DNA of 63,730 nt, filler included, from Catajapyx aquilonaris (GCA_000934665.2; 4 parts of 4 records of this genome joined end to end with filler, not necessarily neighbours in it), one strand, 5' to 3'; counted from the whole stretch's first letter, positions 10,180 through 22,417 are shown. Notes: generated from the sequence alone by a model not told the origin. Translations and numbers: made by a program.

Positions 10180-12854
10180 ATAACAGTCAGACTGTCAGCG
10201 ACAAGGTCAGCGAGGCTCCGTTGACGCTCCAGTACCCTGAATGTCCAGGTCGGGCGAGGTAATGGGTCGTAATGGTCCAGAGCAGGTCACAGGTCGAGGT
10301 ATCATGTACCTGATTCCTTTACACTCCCTTGACACCCGAGCTTACTAGGCAGTACTCGCATTACTCAGATACCTGACTGAAACGTTTGCCTTTGCGTACT
10401 ATAGTTTTCTTGTCCGCAATGTCGCTCATGTACGGTGTCTCCCCTCGCACGAGTATTCCGCCCTGTGCACGCTGCATGCAGATCCGCTTCGCTTCGGAAA
10501 TTTTGAAGTGAAGAGCGCCTGGAGATTTCACCACTTCTGCAACTGCTTCTTTCCATGGTTGACACGTCCAGTCCTTGCCAAGAGTCAGCACGGTGGAGTA
10601 GCGTTTCATGATTTCCCTGTATTCATCCGGATGTAGTATCTCTTGTTTCTTCCTGATTTCAGCCTCGATTAGGCCGAAAATCCTGTCAGGTAGAATGAAG
10701 CTATGCCCCGTCACAGGAAACACCAGTTCGACTTCGCTGACTGTGCGGGGGGCATGCCTGAACAGCCAACATGCTGCCATACCTGTCACAAAGATAACAT
10801 TGTGATACATAATTGTTTTGTCCATCTTAAGCAAATATTATTGTTGATACCTTGTTACTTGCCTATCATAGTGACGTTCTTGTTTTGCCCCCCGCAACCG
10901 TCTGCGAACAGGCGAACTTTCTTGACTTCATCTTGTTGTAGGGATTGAAGTACTATATACGCCAAATTGTTTCATACCCCCGGGTATGAAACAATTTGTC
11001 GTATACCCAGGTATAGTGCTATACGACAAATTGTTTCATACCCCGGGGGTATGAAACAATTTGGCGTATTTATAGTACATGGAACACTGCAGACGCAATG
11101 ACGCTCGAATCCTTTCCCAGCTGATCTTCAGTCCAAGTGAAGCAACTGACGTTGTCTTTGCCAAGCGTCTTTCCTGGAAGCATCTTGACCACAGCAAAGT
11201 TGTACAGGTATAACTGCCTACTATAGTTGGCTGCTTGGTCGTTAACCTTTGGCAGTTGAAGATTTCGCTGACAATCATACACGTAGGTGGTAGGTCACAA
11301 CTCCGTCCTCAAACTTGTTCAGCAATGTGTGATACATCCAACTGCAACTGGAGGTCCGGATGAACGTCTGTGTCTGTGGCAGAATGACCAATCTGATATT
11401 TCAAGCGTACGCAGGTTGAACATAGATCCGTACTAGGTGATCCAAAGCCTAAATTGAATGAGGTGTTAAAAATGTGGCGAAAGTAGCTCTCTTTCACATC
11501 CATCGTTTCATGCTCAGCTTTGAACCTGCGATACAGGCGCTTGCAGTTCAACTCCCCAGGGAGGTACTGCCTCTGAAAGGATGAGCGACAATAGTGGCTT
11601 TCAGTGCACGTTAATTTGGAAATGAAGGCTTTCACGGCGGCCTTCCTTTCAGCGAATGCTGTCTTCTTATGATCACCACCTCGCGTTTCTGTCCTAATCT
11701 GAGAAAGGAATAAAACAAGACCAATAGCAATGAACAGCCTTCATGTTTTCATAATTATGTAAGATTGTGATGTTGGTACCATAATGGAAGTTTTGATGAT
11801 ATTAATTATGTTTGCTTTTACCTTCCCAGTATTGTAAAAGCTGTGCACCATGTTTTCCATCCTCCTGCGAGAGATGCACAAGGCACCCACGAAGGCCTCC
11901 CTGCACACAGTCAGAACCTGTTTCTGCCGGGTACGGACAAAGTAATGGATAGTTGTTGTTTTCTTGGGGGCAGTTGGTGTATACCAGTTCGCCTGCGGAT
12001 GCAGTCATTCACACTCGTGTACTTGAAAATGAAAGCATCCTGTTTTCCTTCAGTGGAGATGCATAAAAGCAGCGATTGAACTCATGCACATCCTCTGCAG
12101 TTAGCTTCCCACATTCAAAAGCATTCGATTTGCAGGGATGTGAACACGTCGGTAGTCGAGCCGGCTTCCCAGAACTTAAATGATGAGATGTGCTTCCTGA
12201 TTTCTGCAGACATACCCTCTATGGCAGCACTATTCCTCTGTCCTCCTCGTCTCTCAGGCCTAAAGTCCTTATGCTTCATCCAGTGTTCCGCAATCGAGAG
12301 CACTGTACCTCTTCCTACACACAACAGCGACAAGAAGCTGGCTGCACACACTTTCAACTTGCCATCTTCACTGGTTGGCAGCTGTAAGCCAACCAAATTA
12401 TTCAAATGGTCAGCATGTCTTGCATAGAAATGGGCATCTTTTAAAAATATTTAGTATTAAGAAAGGCCCTTACATGGTATGTAATTGTCATGTTCTTGGC
12501 CCTTGGGTCTCCTTTTCTTGGTCGGTGAATTTTAGGTGTATGTATGTCCACGTGCACCAGTATAAAGTTGTCCTGGCTGGGCTTGTCTTCATGGCCATAG
12601 AACTTGTTAAATATGTACTGAATGTCATCCTCACCCAAAGTATTTGCCTCGCAATAGGTAGTGGTGTGCTTGCACACCACACGAGGTGTTTTCCCCCCTC
12701 CCGAATGGCGTGCTCGCTTTGCACAGTTTTTCTTCCATTTCCCTGGATCGCACTTCCGCTTCCGAGGGTGGTTACGGTTGGGAACAACAAAGGTGTCGAG
12801 GCTGCCTGTGGGCAGCGTCCTGGGGTCAGGATCTGCCATTAGTACTGGTATCAC
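10180..12854 (-). pseudogene. Second decayed, intron-containing Sola1-type transposase, with an additional N-terminal Sola1-like fragment at ~11800-12854
   Basis: Motifs ESHYCRS..LYRRF..FNLGFGSPSTDLCSTC; YDCQRNLQLPK..YSRQLYLYN..WTE; RLFADGCGGQNKN; FPVTGHSFILPDRIFGLIE. An upstream piece has ERRGGQR..IRKHISSF. Confidence 0.78.
10953..11075. mobile_element. Small double-hairpin MITE with TA TSD inserted into the Sola1 transposase
   Basis: Reads TA|CTATATACGCCAAATTGTTTCATAC ... GTATGAAACAATTTGGCGTATTTATAG|TA. Removing it restores the frame AVFHVLQSLQQDEVKKVRLFAD. Confidence 0.85.
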
Positions 12855-13164
12855 AGGTCAGAACCTCATGAAACAGTCAGCCGCCATCCTGCCCGAGCAC
12901 GTGACCCGCTCCTCCAACCTCCATTGGCTCCGACTGACTAAGGTTGTTTTGGCACGAAAGCCAATCTTTCAAGACACCGGCCCCTCCTGACACCCCTCAC
13001 ATCCACATTAGTAGATACCATGATAACTGAGGCACAATTTTGGTAGTTCATCATCAGTTCTTCTACCACGCACCCATATACTGAGGGGGTAGCCACTACG
13101 GTGAACCGGTGTACACCTTATTGCATGGATGGTGAATCAGAGGTGCACCGGGTGAACTGTACAC

Positions 13165-13440
13165 CATATATTGTCACTTTCCTGCCTGTCTCCCTGCTGA
13201 ACAGCCGCACCTGCTCACTGTAATAGGTCTTAAAAGCCCCCATGAAACCTTTGTCTAGTGGTTGCATCTTGTGAGTGCTGTGTGGTGGCAAGGAAATTAT
13301 CGTCACAAAGTTTTTTCTTGACAGTTCAATGACCTCTGTGTCTTGTATAGGTGATGTGTCCATCTAGCACCAGTAGCACAGGATCTTCCTCACTTGGTTT
13401 CACTTTGCTCAGAAAGTGATGAAACCACATCGTGAAAATC
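13165..13440 (-). pseudogene. pogo/Tigger-family DDE_1 transposase fragment
   Basis: WFHHFLSKVKPSEEDPVLLVLDGH followed, after a frameshift, by IISLPPHSTHKMQPLDKGFMGAFKTYY. Confidence 0.85.
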
Positions 13441-13734
13441 GGCAAGCTGTATAATGTTGTTTTTGGCACTTACCTGATTATATGGCACGTTACCACTCGT
13501 CACTGTCACTGTCACTGTTGGCTATGAAAAATGTCCTACAAACGGTAAAATATAAATTACAACCCGCCATGCCATTTATTCAAGTCGATTATTTTTATTG
13601 TCCCATATGTACATAATCTAGCGAGAAAGGCAGGACATATGCTTCTTTCAATTTCGTTTAAATGGTTTAGTTTTGCATCCCTGGCTTTCAAAGTCAAGAA
13701 TGAATAGGAAAAAAATCAACTAGTTATTTTTTTT

Positions 13735-14430
13735 CTTTCTGTTCGTTCTTGACTTTGAAAAGCGCAGCCAATCCTTCATTGCTTTCTCCACTTCTGTGGA
13801 GTTTGCTTCTTTGCAGAGTGGATTCTTCTTCACTGATGCTGGAAAAAAGTAACATAATAAGGTCACCGGAAAAAATGAACTATATTTTATAGCGACTATG
13901 ATATAAATGTGTCCAATACCGTACGTAGATCAGTAAACCTGTAACACAACAATCATACTACAGTATATACACTCACCAACGACAAGGGCCGCGATATTGC
14001 CATACGCCGTCATGCCTTCCCGCCCAGTAGCATATGCTGGCCAGATCATTTGCCACCACTTCGGCCATGACCCGCCTCGTCGTGTCACCTGGATCCTTGC
14101 CCCCTATCTCCCCCAACTTGCGGACCTGAAAGTAGTTCAAATGAAGAGACAGATACAGTGAGACAGCGTATAATGTTAAATAATAATACACCCAAGTCAC
14201 CCTCAAAGTACTTGTGCAAACTTATCATCCCCAGATAAAAACCTGTCGAGACTTTCCACCTCCTCCACAGCGTTTACTGGAAAGGACGGCATACCATCTG
14301 GATACTGCACCAGCTGTACTGGTTTCTTATTGCATCTGGTGAAGTAGGTGCCGCAGCAACTGATTATTCTGCCGACCTATGTCGTTCCCTACTTCTACCG
14401 CCTTTAATATCTGCTGTGTGTGACCTGCAG
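13735..14430 (-). pseudogene. DUF4806-like domain gene remnant, spliced (transposon accessory ORF)
   Basis: FPVNAVEEVESLDRFL / LGEIGGKDPGDTTRRVMAEVVANDLASICYWAGR / EVEKAMKDWLRFSK. Contains an internal stop and a frameshift. Confidence 0.65.
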
Positions 14431-14528
14431 ATATACATGGCAAATTGTTAATATTCATTTTATTTGTAAATATCACGTTACATACTGGAACAAAATGAGC
14501 TGAATGTGTTGGCATACACATTTCAGGC

Positions 14529-15105
14529 TTATTGCCTGATGCGTGTGCCGAGATCTTCACATTTCCCAACACTGGTTTCAGCTTTGGCTGATATGACTGC
14601 AACAACTTCTGCCAAGAAATCTTTCATGTCATCTAATACCTCTTGAACAAAGATTCTGGGCAAAGCAGAATTACCATACAGTTTGGCAGTTAGTCCCAAT
14701 GTTATGCTCTTTAATCTCTCCTTCAACGTTACAGTTGTGTTTTCCAAGCTAATTTTACATTGAGATGTACTCTCCTGCGCTAGGTACACCATCTTCCCGG
14801 TAGTTCTCATTTGGCAGCGGAGTAGGTTGCACATGCATTGTATGTTGGACATCCCCTTCAGAGGCAACAAATTTATGATGGGTTATATCAAGTGTCTTCG
14901 AAAAGAACTCCATTCTAGGAAATCCTCCAAGCACCCTTGCTCTTTGCAACAAAATCTATGCCTTTTACTAACTTTGTGTACGACTTTCAAGTGAAGGAAG
15001 AGAGCATTTACTGATGGCAGGCAGGAGTCACAATCAGTGCAGTGAGGCATGTTTGCTTCCAAGTCATCAAGGCAATTCATGGCATTTTCCCCTACTTCAA
15101 CAGGC
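14529..15105 (-). pseudogene. Tandem C2H2 zinc fingers plus LYGNSALPR..VQ segment; N-terminus of a CACTA/CMC-like transposase remnant
   Basis: CTDC..LFLHLKVVH..FCCKEQGC..F..FRRHLI, then in another frame LTAKLYGNSALPRIFVQEVLDDMKDFL. Confidence 0.55.
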
Positions 15106-15876
15106 TGAAATAAGAAATAACCTGCCAAAAAGAATACAACGCAATTAACCTCGCAAGAGGAAAAACTCACTCTCATCCAGAAACAGGAAATAATAATCAG
15201 TGAAGAAACCTCGCATCCAGCTGATGAATCAAGGTCGTCTCGGGACGGTTCGGTAGAAGTCTGTTCCCAACACCGACTTATCAAACTGTAAAACAGAACC
15301 ATGAGTGCACATATTCCAACCAATCAAATATACTCACTCTTGAGAAACTCCGTGTCTCCAAATCATACGCAATCAACCAAAATAATTAGCAAAGTGATTG
15401 CTTCAAGGACACTGACCGTATGCACAATCGAAATAGCTATCCAAAGAGTAAGCGACAATGCAAAACTGCACAAACGACACTAATTGCGGAACAACCAATC
15501 TTAGTCCACCAATTAGAGAAAAGCACAGAGAAGATTTGGTTAAATGGAATGTACCGTTACAATCAGGAAAGAAACCCTTCCCTCAAAAGGGGAAACCTTG
15601 CCGATCATAGCAATAACAACCAAACCAATACACTGCGTTGGATGTAGGCGAGTACGCCAAGACACAACCTTCTCCGCCAGACACTCGTGTCACTCTCTTT
15701 CTTTACACACACAAGCAGTATCGAAGTAAACACGGCTACAAAAAAAGAAAGATAACCCAAAAAATATAATCCACAATGTTAGTGGGGGCTCTTAGCGAGA
15801 TGAAGGGGACAAGTTGGACAAAAGCACCAAACTTTGCATGGAGTTTTGTTTGGTCCTATGCTAATAGTTTTTGGTA

Positions 15877-15976
15877 NNNNNNNNNNNNNNNNNNNNNNNN
15901 NNNNNNNNNNNNNNNNNNNNTTAATTAATTAANNNNNNNNNNNNNNNNNNNNNNNNNNNNNNNNNNNNNNNNNNNN
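15877..15976. other. Artificial scaffold linker
   Basis: N44-TTAATTAATTAA-N44, which has stops in all six frames. Confidence 0.95.
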
Positions 15977-16139
15977 TCCATGCTTACCAAATTTGATATT
16001 TACAACTTCTTCCCCATATTTTGCCAGCTCATGTCAACCATTATTTGCAAGCAAAAATTCCAAAAGATTTTTCTATTCAGAATGGTATCCTACACCTGCA
16101 GAATCCCTTGTGTCATAGAATTCAGGGTGAAGGGAAACT

Positions 16140-16347
16140 CGAGCCCGAATGACAGTAATATGTCATCCGCTGCCTCCCCCATGGAGTATATCAATGTGTT
16201 TACCTGCTCCTCTCCCGTCTTCTGATGAAGACCTGCGGCGAGTCGGAACCGTTCAAAACGTCGGCGCCACCTTGGCCACTCCGACAGTGCAGAAAATGCG
16301 AAGGGCTCTGGGGGAGGAACTTGATAATAATAGGCTGCCATATTCAA
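16140..16347 (-). pseudogene. Ty3/gypsy (Mag-like) gag N-terminus, truncated
   Basis: PPPEPFAFSALSEWPRWRRRFERFRLAAGLHQKTGEEQVNTLIYSMGEAADDILLSFGL, with a PBS upstream. Confidence 0.85.
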
Positions 16348-16481
16348 AATGCCTGGAACTCCAGCAACTCCAGCAACAGGATTTGCACTGTCCCCCGCCA
16401 GTCACTTGCAACTTCAACGTCTAATGGAGCGAAGTCACCGTGAAGTTACTCACGATGACCCGGAAACCTTGTACCACTTGT

Positions 16482-16494
16482 ACCGCTGCCACCA
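16482..16494 (-). promoter_or_regulatory. Primer-binding site complementary to the tRNA-Leu 3' end, immediately after the LTR terminal CA
   Basis: Minus strand reads ...AACACAACA TGGTGGCAGCGGT, about 135 nt upstream of gag. Confidence 0.75.
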
Positions 16495-17649
16495 TGTTGT
16501 GTTATGGGGGGAGCTACTCAAAGGCTGGACTAGGCTTTAGAATGTCATCTAATAACTTTAATCAACAATCATTACCCTGGATACATAATACAACAGACAA
16601 TGCTGGCCAATAGGGCGAGTACAAAAAGATATTTTCTGTGCACAATACTACGTAGGAAAAATTACGACGTCATGGCCAAGTCCACCTCACTGATTGGGAT
16701 GGACTTGCCCATCTAATTTTCCCATTATAAATGCACTGCGAAAATATTGGAATGGGTTAACCTGGCCATTGCCATCCACATGGGACAACTTTGCCATTTT
16801 GGCTCGAAGTGGGCTGAAAAGTGGCGGGAGACTTTGGTATCCGGCCCCCTTAACATGTGCTACCCATAGGGGAGGAACCAAACCTTACCAGAAGAATAGA
16901 ATGTTTGAAATGTGAACTTGGCCACTCGAAGGCGACTCGGGGGTGAACTTGGCCACCCGTTTTGAAACCCAAGAAATGGTTAATTTGATGGTAGATAAGT
17001 GGTTCTGGACCTGTTCTGGACATTACAAGTTATAGGCTATTTATTCTGCAGTAGCAGAGGAGCCGTTCTTCACACGGCCTGTTCCCATGGCATCAACGAC
17101 AATCTATCATTGTTGATGCAATGGAAACCTGTTGCCATGATAACCCATTGCTAGAGTAATAAGTAAAAAAAAAAATTGATTCACTTGCGGCACTTACAAG
17201 GGAATGACCAAGTGTCGTCCCCCCCGATTTGGCTGAAACTCGCTTGAGGGGTAAATAATATGTCATAAGTGAATGTCCTAAACGGCAATGTTCAGTCGTT
17301 TCCGAGGTTTGATCGACAGATCAGCGGACTCTAAATAGGTTCCTTCCGGTGACCGGCCACTTACGGTTTTCCGGGTCCACTCTAGCCTCCAAGGTCAATG
17401 ATGATTTAGAAATTAACTCCCCCCCCCCTCCCCTCCCCCAAGCCCTACAGGGCAACTCGGGGGTAAATATATAGGCTAAATAAGATTTTGATTTTTTTTC
17501 TAAGGCTACAATTATTATTGGCAACAGGAAATGAGACTGACAACATTCTACTTGTATATGCCATTGTCGTCCTATTTGAATTTAAGAAAAAGTCTACTTG
17601 AATCTTGTTCTTCCTGAAAATTATTTTTATGTACCACCCTGTATCCCTC

Positions 17650-20640
17650 CCAAGTACTGAGATGCCTGGTGACCGGGTACGATCAGATACACCGTACGTG
17701 ACGCCCAGTACAAGATACAAGTCATCCAGAGCTACAAGAACGTTCAGAGGCTTCCCCAGGGAGTTCCTGTGGTCTGAAGGACCTTGTCCTTCCCCCAGGA
17801 TGACCACAGGGCACAAGGACCTGGTGAAGGTCAAGAGCGACAATACGGCCAACAATGCGGAAAATGGAAGACTAATTAATATTAAAAGTAGTATCTGATG
17901 GTAATCTATGTGTGTGTTTATTAAAATGTGGTTTGTACTGCGACCATATTTGACTTATTAAAATGAGCCTGTCAAGGTTGAACCGACCCTTTATCGTCCA
18001 TGTCAACAGGTCAGATGCTCAGATCCGGTCTTGAAGTGCGATGGTGAGTGAACAGCTCAGGACGAGGACCTCTTCGTTACATCGGTGTCAAACAGTGTCA
18101 ACGTGTGGCCACAACGTATCGCCAGATAATTAGTGAACAGTGATTAATTAGGAAAAGACTCTTGAAGTGATAATAACCTTTTTCCGATTTAGGCAAAATT
18201 TAAATCTGTTGTAGTCCATACGTGATACTGTCCGTAACGGCGTTTATCTGTACGACGTGTAACTAGTGCAAAACTACAGGGTGAAAATCTGCCAATTGGC
18301 ACTAATTTTTTTTTTGCTGTGCGTACTTATTGGGCTGTTAACTCTATGAAGGTCAAGGTCAAATCTGGCGCTTTTTTACTAATTACGTGTGTTTGAAACG
18401 TGGTCATGTTGGTCGTACTCAACCTGCTTTAAAAATCCTGTACATTTATTATAAAATATTCTGCCCAATTTTTTACTGATATTGATTAATATTTGGCTCC
18501 TAATCTATATTTTCAATGGCACTTAAAATGAGGTCAATATTTAAGTGAGATTCACGCAAAATTTAGTTGCCAAAAATTAAATCAAATTAAATGTCGGATT
18601 CTTCCAGTAAATGTAGCTACAATGGGACCTAAATTTTACGAATACTATTTGCGTTTAAAAAATTCGTATCGGATCTGATAAGAACTACTGGTATAACTAG
18701 GTAGTAATAAACACCGCTGTCAATGGCTGGTTTAAAAAAGATAAACTGAATTATGTGAGGCCCTCATTATTAAGTGCTTTTGTGAACGAAGAAAGTTTCA
18801 GAATTTTTATTGGCGTGTATCGATGACTAGTAAAAAAATTCTTCCGTAACTGAATGGTTAATTGAACATAATTATGTCCATCCAAAAATAATTTTGCAAC
18901 TCGCATTCATTTCAACAATTACTGGTTGTCATTAGGCAACAATGAGACGGCTGTTATCTTCATACCTAATCATGGTCAGTAACTATCCAAACGCCTATTT
19001 ATGTCCAGTCGATTTGATGAGAGCACCTATCGCCTTGTTGCTTAATAACAATAATTGAGGAAGTAAGTAACAGTTTAAAATTTATATCTGGAGAGACGAT
19101 TATTAAGTTAATCGTTGAGTGGAGGTTATCTACACACATGGATTTTTTTTTAAGATGGCACCTTCCTCACCCGAACTTGTACGGTATTGCGCCAGTAGCG
19201 TGCCGACGCGACGGGGCTTGGAACTTTGTTGCCGACAGAGGCGGAAAGAAGCTACACCATCAAGAGATTGAAACAAGAACAGCAAAAAAAAAAAAAAACA
19301 ACGCCGTAGAATCCGACGACAAAACAAACACCAGTCTTCGTAGGTCAAAGCTGGTTAGGTAGTCCTATGCACCCAGAATGCGTCCAGGGCGCTCTCCACA
19401 GCGGATAGTGTTACGCCGTCCTGTTCTACCTTGGTGGAATATATCCCGATATCTCTTGCGTACTGGAGACCTACCAGGTTAACATCAAAATACATAACAT
19501 CCTTTGGGTCGAAGTGGGCGTCTTTCAGAATTCTGTAGCAGGGAAAGTATTTTTATGACACTATATTGAATCAGTTCCTAATTATATATAGTATAAGAGG
19601 ATTCGAAATGACACGAAATGAGACCAAGTAGGCCTAACTGTTGTTGAGTTGAAAATCCTGGGATAAGGTAGTACGGTACATGAACACATTCCACTTCCGA
19701 GGCCACTAATCTTGTTCGAATATAATTATACTCCCTATTTTATAAGTTAAGATGGGTTCTCTACATGTTCAGATGAGTTTCCTAGGGGTTATTGTCTCGC
19801 ATATTTCTATAAACTGCCACGCACACAGAATAAAAACCACAGGAGGGAGAGGACATGTCCCATCCATCGTTATTCACGTGCGTGTTCTTTTCAGGGAATT
19901 TTGACATGTTCCTCCGTACTAGGCGTATCCACTAGTGTTGTTGTGTTAGAAACACCATAATTTTATGTAATATTTATGAATGATATGGCAGTGTTGAACA
20001 TGATGGTATGTATAATATAGTACCTAGCGTGCAGGTGAGTGTCCCTGGGGCTACTCACCCTTTGACCGTGCCTGCCATACAATCAGGATGATCGGCCAAG
20101 TTTTTTTCTTCTGGTTCTGTATGAGTCTCATTCGTGCGTTTGCAACGTAGCCCCGTCATTTTCTTACGGATTTTCACTCCAATTCCGGTGCTATAATGAC
20201 TACTGGAATATCTTAATTTCTACTGGAGAGGGTGTCAGGGGAGGGAGGCATCATTCTTTGGCCGGATATTTAGAGTCAAGTAGCCTACACAACACGACCG
20301 CCCTCATGTTTGCTTCATACACAAATATTGTCTTATATCATACTTTGGTCTCATTTCTTGTCGGAAAACCGTCCGAGATAATCTACCCTACCTTTGTATC
20401 AGCTGCGACTCATCCTCTGGGAAAACACTCGAATGATTTATGTAGACGTCCCATCCCAACTCGCCGATTATCCAAGATAGCGTGGTGTTGTACGCGCTAC
20501 GATTCAGGTTCATTGTGTTCAAGATAAGCCCGACGTCGATGCCCGAATCAAAGAGGTGCTTGAGGACCCGCGTCGATTCTGCATGTGGATTCCAGAGGCA
20601 ACCCATGTCATCCAGTAGGACATCCGGTCTGAAAAAGGTA
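17650..20640 (+). pseudogene. Probable highly decayed MULE (Mutator) transposase with FLYWCH-like N-terminus
   Basis: Ordered degenerate motifs: TRY..RTFRG.P..TTGH (~17710-17815); DGTFLTR..LLP.EAERSY (~19155-19260); HPECVQG (~19370); YNDYW (~20195); LES..RPHVCF (~20270-20315). There is no intact ORF. Confidence 0.35.
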
Positions 20641-20908
20641 TGTAGAGGTATATAAGTTACTGAGTTTTCAAAAAAAAAAAAAATGCATTGATTGCCTTAC
20701 CGATACTGGGTGAGGGGCGGAGTCACTTGCTCTGTAAGGAAGCCCCAGAGTGGGCCCTCTGAAATTAAACGAGTGGTCATTCGCTTCGAACGTATACATA
20801 AACTCGTTTGTTTAAAGGTGGCCAGCAGTCACCACTAACCAGAACCAGGAGTTAGATTGGCCAGTAAATAATGTCTCGCTATAAGCCAATGCATTTTTAT
20901 ACGCTAAC

Positions 20909-21135
20909 AAGTACCGGGTACCCGGTCTTCGCACGGGAATTCATTAAAATCAATTAAATGAATGAAAGATGCAGTGCGCTAAGTCAGGAAGGAACTGAAA
21001 ACGCTCTGTGCTAACGGGAGTTCTATCATATGTCCCGTGAGCAAGACCTGTAGTTGTGGGCTCGTGGCTCAATAATATTGTGTGTAGCAGCCTGTATTTT
21101 ATGAAATTGACAATAATTATATTCAATCCAACCAA
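20909..21135 (-). mobile_element. Helitron-like 3' remnant
   Basis: The minus strand ends CCCGTGCGAAGACCGGG..ACTTG|TT (GC hairpin plus CTTG, a variant of the CTRR terminus). It is preceded by a degenerate VGLN..SH.QL..CSR resembling the end of a PIF1 helicase. Confidence 0.4.
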
Positions 21136-21314
21136 TAGTAGTTCTAATAAGTTATGGTGATTTCAAAGGGTGCGTGTGTTCCATTTTTTAAATATCATCA
21201 AAAAGTATCAAAATAAGTGAGTGGTACGCGAGAAAAACATGTTTACCGCCACATTTGTCATAAACTTTTGAGCACTGTCTTTTAATACTCAGGTCCCAAC
21301 AGTCATTCCCCTTT

Positions 21315-21543
21315 AGGGTGAGCTTAATTGCTCTCCCCCACACAGGTGGGGGTTCCGATTTAGCGCTGCTGTCGCACCACGGTACCCAAGGCGGCTCTTC
21401 AGCTAGAGGACTCTGCGAACTGCTCCGGATCCTGCTGCAGTGCAAAGAATCGGCCGCACGAAAAGTCCAGCGAACCGTGGAACGAGAGCCGAGTCAAATC
21501 GGAAACTCCACCTGTGTGGGGGAGAGCAACTTAGCTCACAGGG
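21315..21543. mobile_element. Imperfect palindromic MITE
   Basis: GTGAGCT..TTGCTCTCCCCCACACAGGTGG ... CCACCTGTGTGGGGGAGAGCAA..AGCTCAC. Confidence 0.65.
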
Positions 21544-22120
21544 ATGTCCATAAGGCTTGGGTAGGAGTGACAAGGGCGGCTGCTTTTGAGTTACAACCAA
21601 CGAAAGAATAACTACTCTCCGTATAAATCTTGTACATCATTTGAAAAGCAACGGCTCAGAAGCTGTTGTAATACTGTAGGCCTCATCAGTATTATTATGT
21701 TAAGCGCCAATATTTTGAAGAAAATATGTTAACTGCCCACATAATCCCGCCAGTATTGCTCCACGGCGTTTCGTTTTCTGATGACACCTCCGCACATTAT
21801 TATTATCATCGGATAGTGACATATTTTCAAGTTTTTCTGACTCGGAATACATGTTACCGGCAACAAGATCTAGTAGGCCTATTACCAGCAACGAAATATC
21901 TGTTGAGGACAATGCCTTGTGGGGAAGTGTAAGCTATATAGAGAGCGTAACATGTTTTACGCGCGAAGACAATGCTTATGTAAAGTACAAAATGCCAACC
22001 ATTCACTGATAGGCTGTACTCCCGATTATCCGGATGCGGCTTGTCTCTGCATCGCCAAAAGCAAGAGGTAGAAAATTGAATTACCGGTACGAAAGAATGT
22101 TAATATACTGTATGTCTCGC

Positions 22121-22417
22121 CGCGAAGCAGTTTGGAGGAGGGGATACGGTGTCCGACTGCTAATCGGGAGGTCCTGGGATCAAATCCCGGGGCCGGCAAC
22201 TCTGACCGTGGTTTTCTGTGGTTTCCCACGGTCCTTCCAGGAAAATTCAGGAGTTGTTTCCGTAATTAACAGGCCACAGCCGCTTCCTTCCGTCCCTACC
22301 CCATCCCAAAAAGTGCAGTAAAATGAAAGCAAAAAGTTCCAGGCAAAAGAAAAACTTCCCCCCTAAAGAGCCGGAAAAGGCTGATAACGGGGTATGGATT
22401 TTTATTTTTATTTTTAT
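22121..22417 (+). mobile_element. tRNA-derived SINE family B
   Basis: tRNA-like head with degenerate B-box GGATCAAATCCC. Body GGTTTTCTGTGGTTTCCC..CCAGG.AAAT..AGGCCACAGCCGCTTCCTTCC and an (ATTTTT)n tail. 15-bp TSD TACTGTATGTCTCGC at 22106-22120 and 22418-22432. Confidence 0.88.

Noticed and set aside
15921..15932. TTAATTAATTAA as a biological motif (also 31879 and 47831)
   Set aside because: It is centred in identical N blocks and is an assembly linker.
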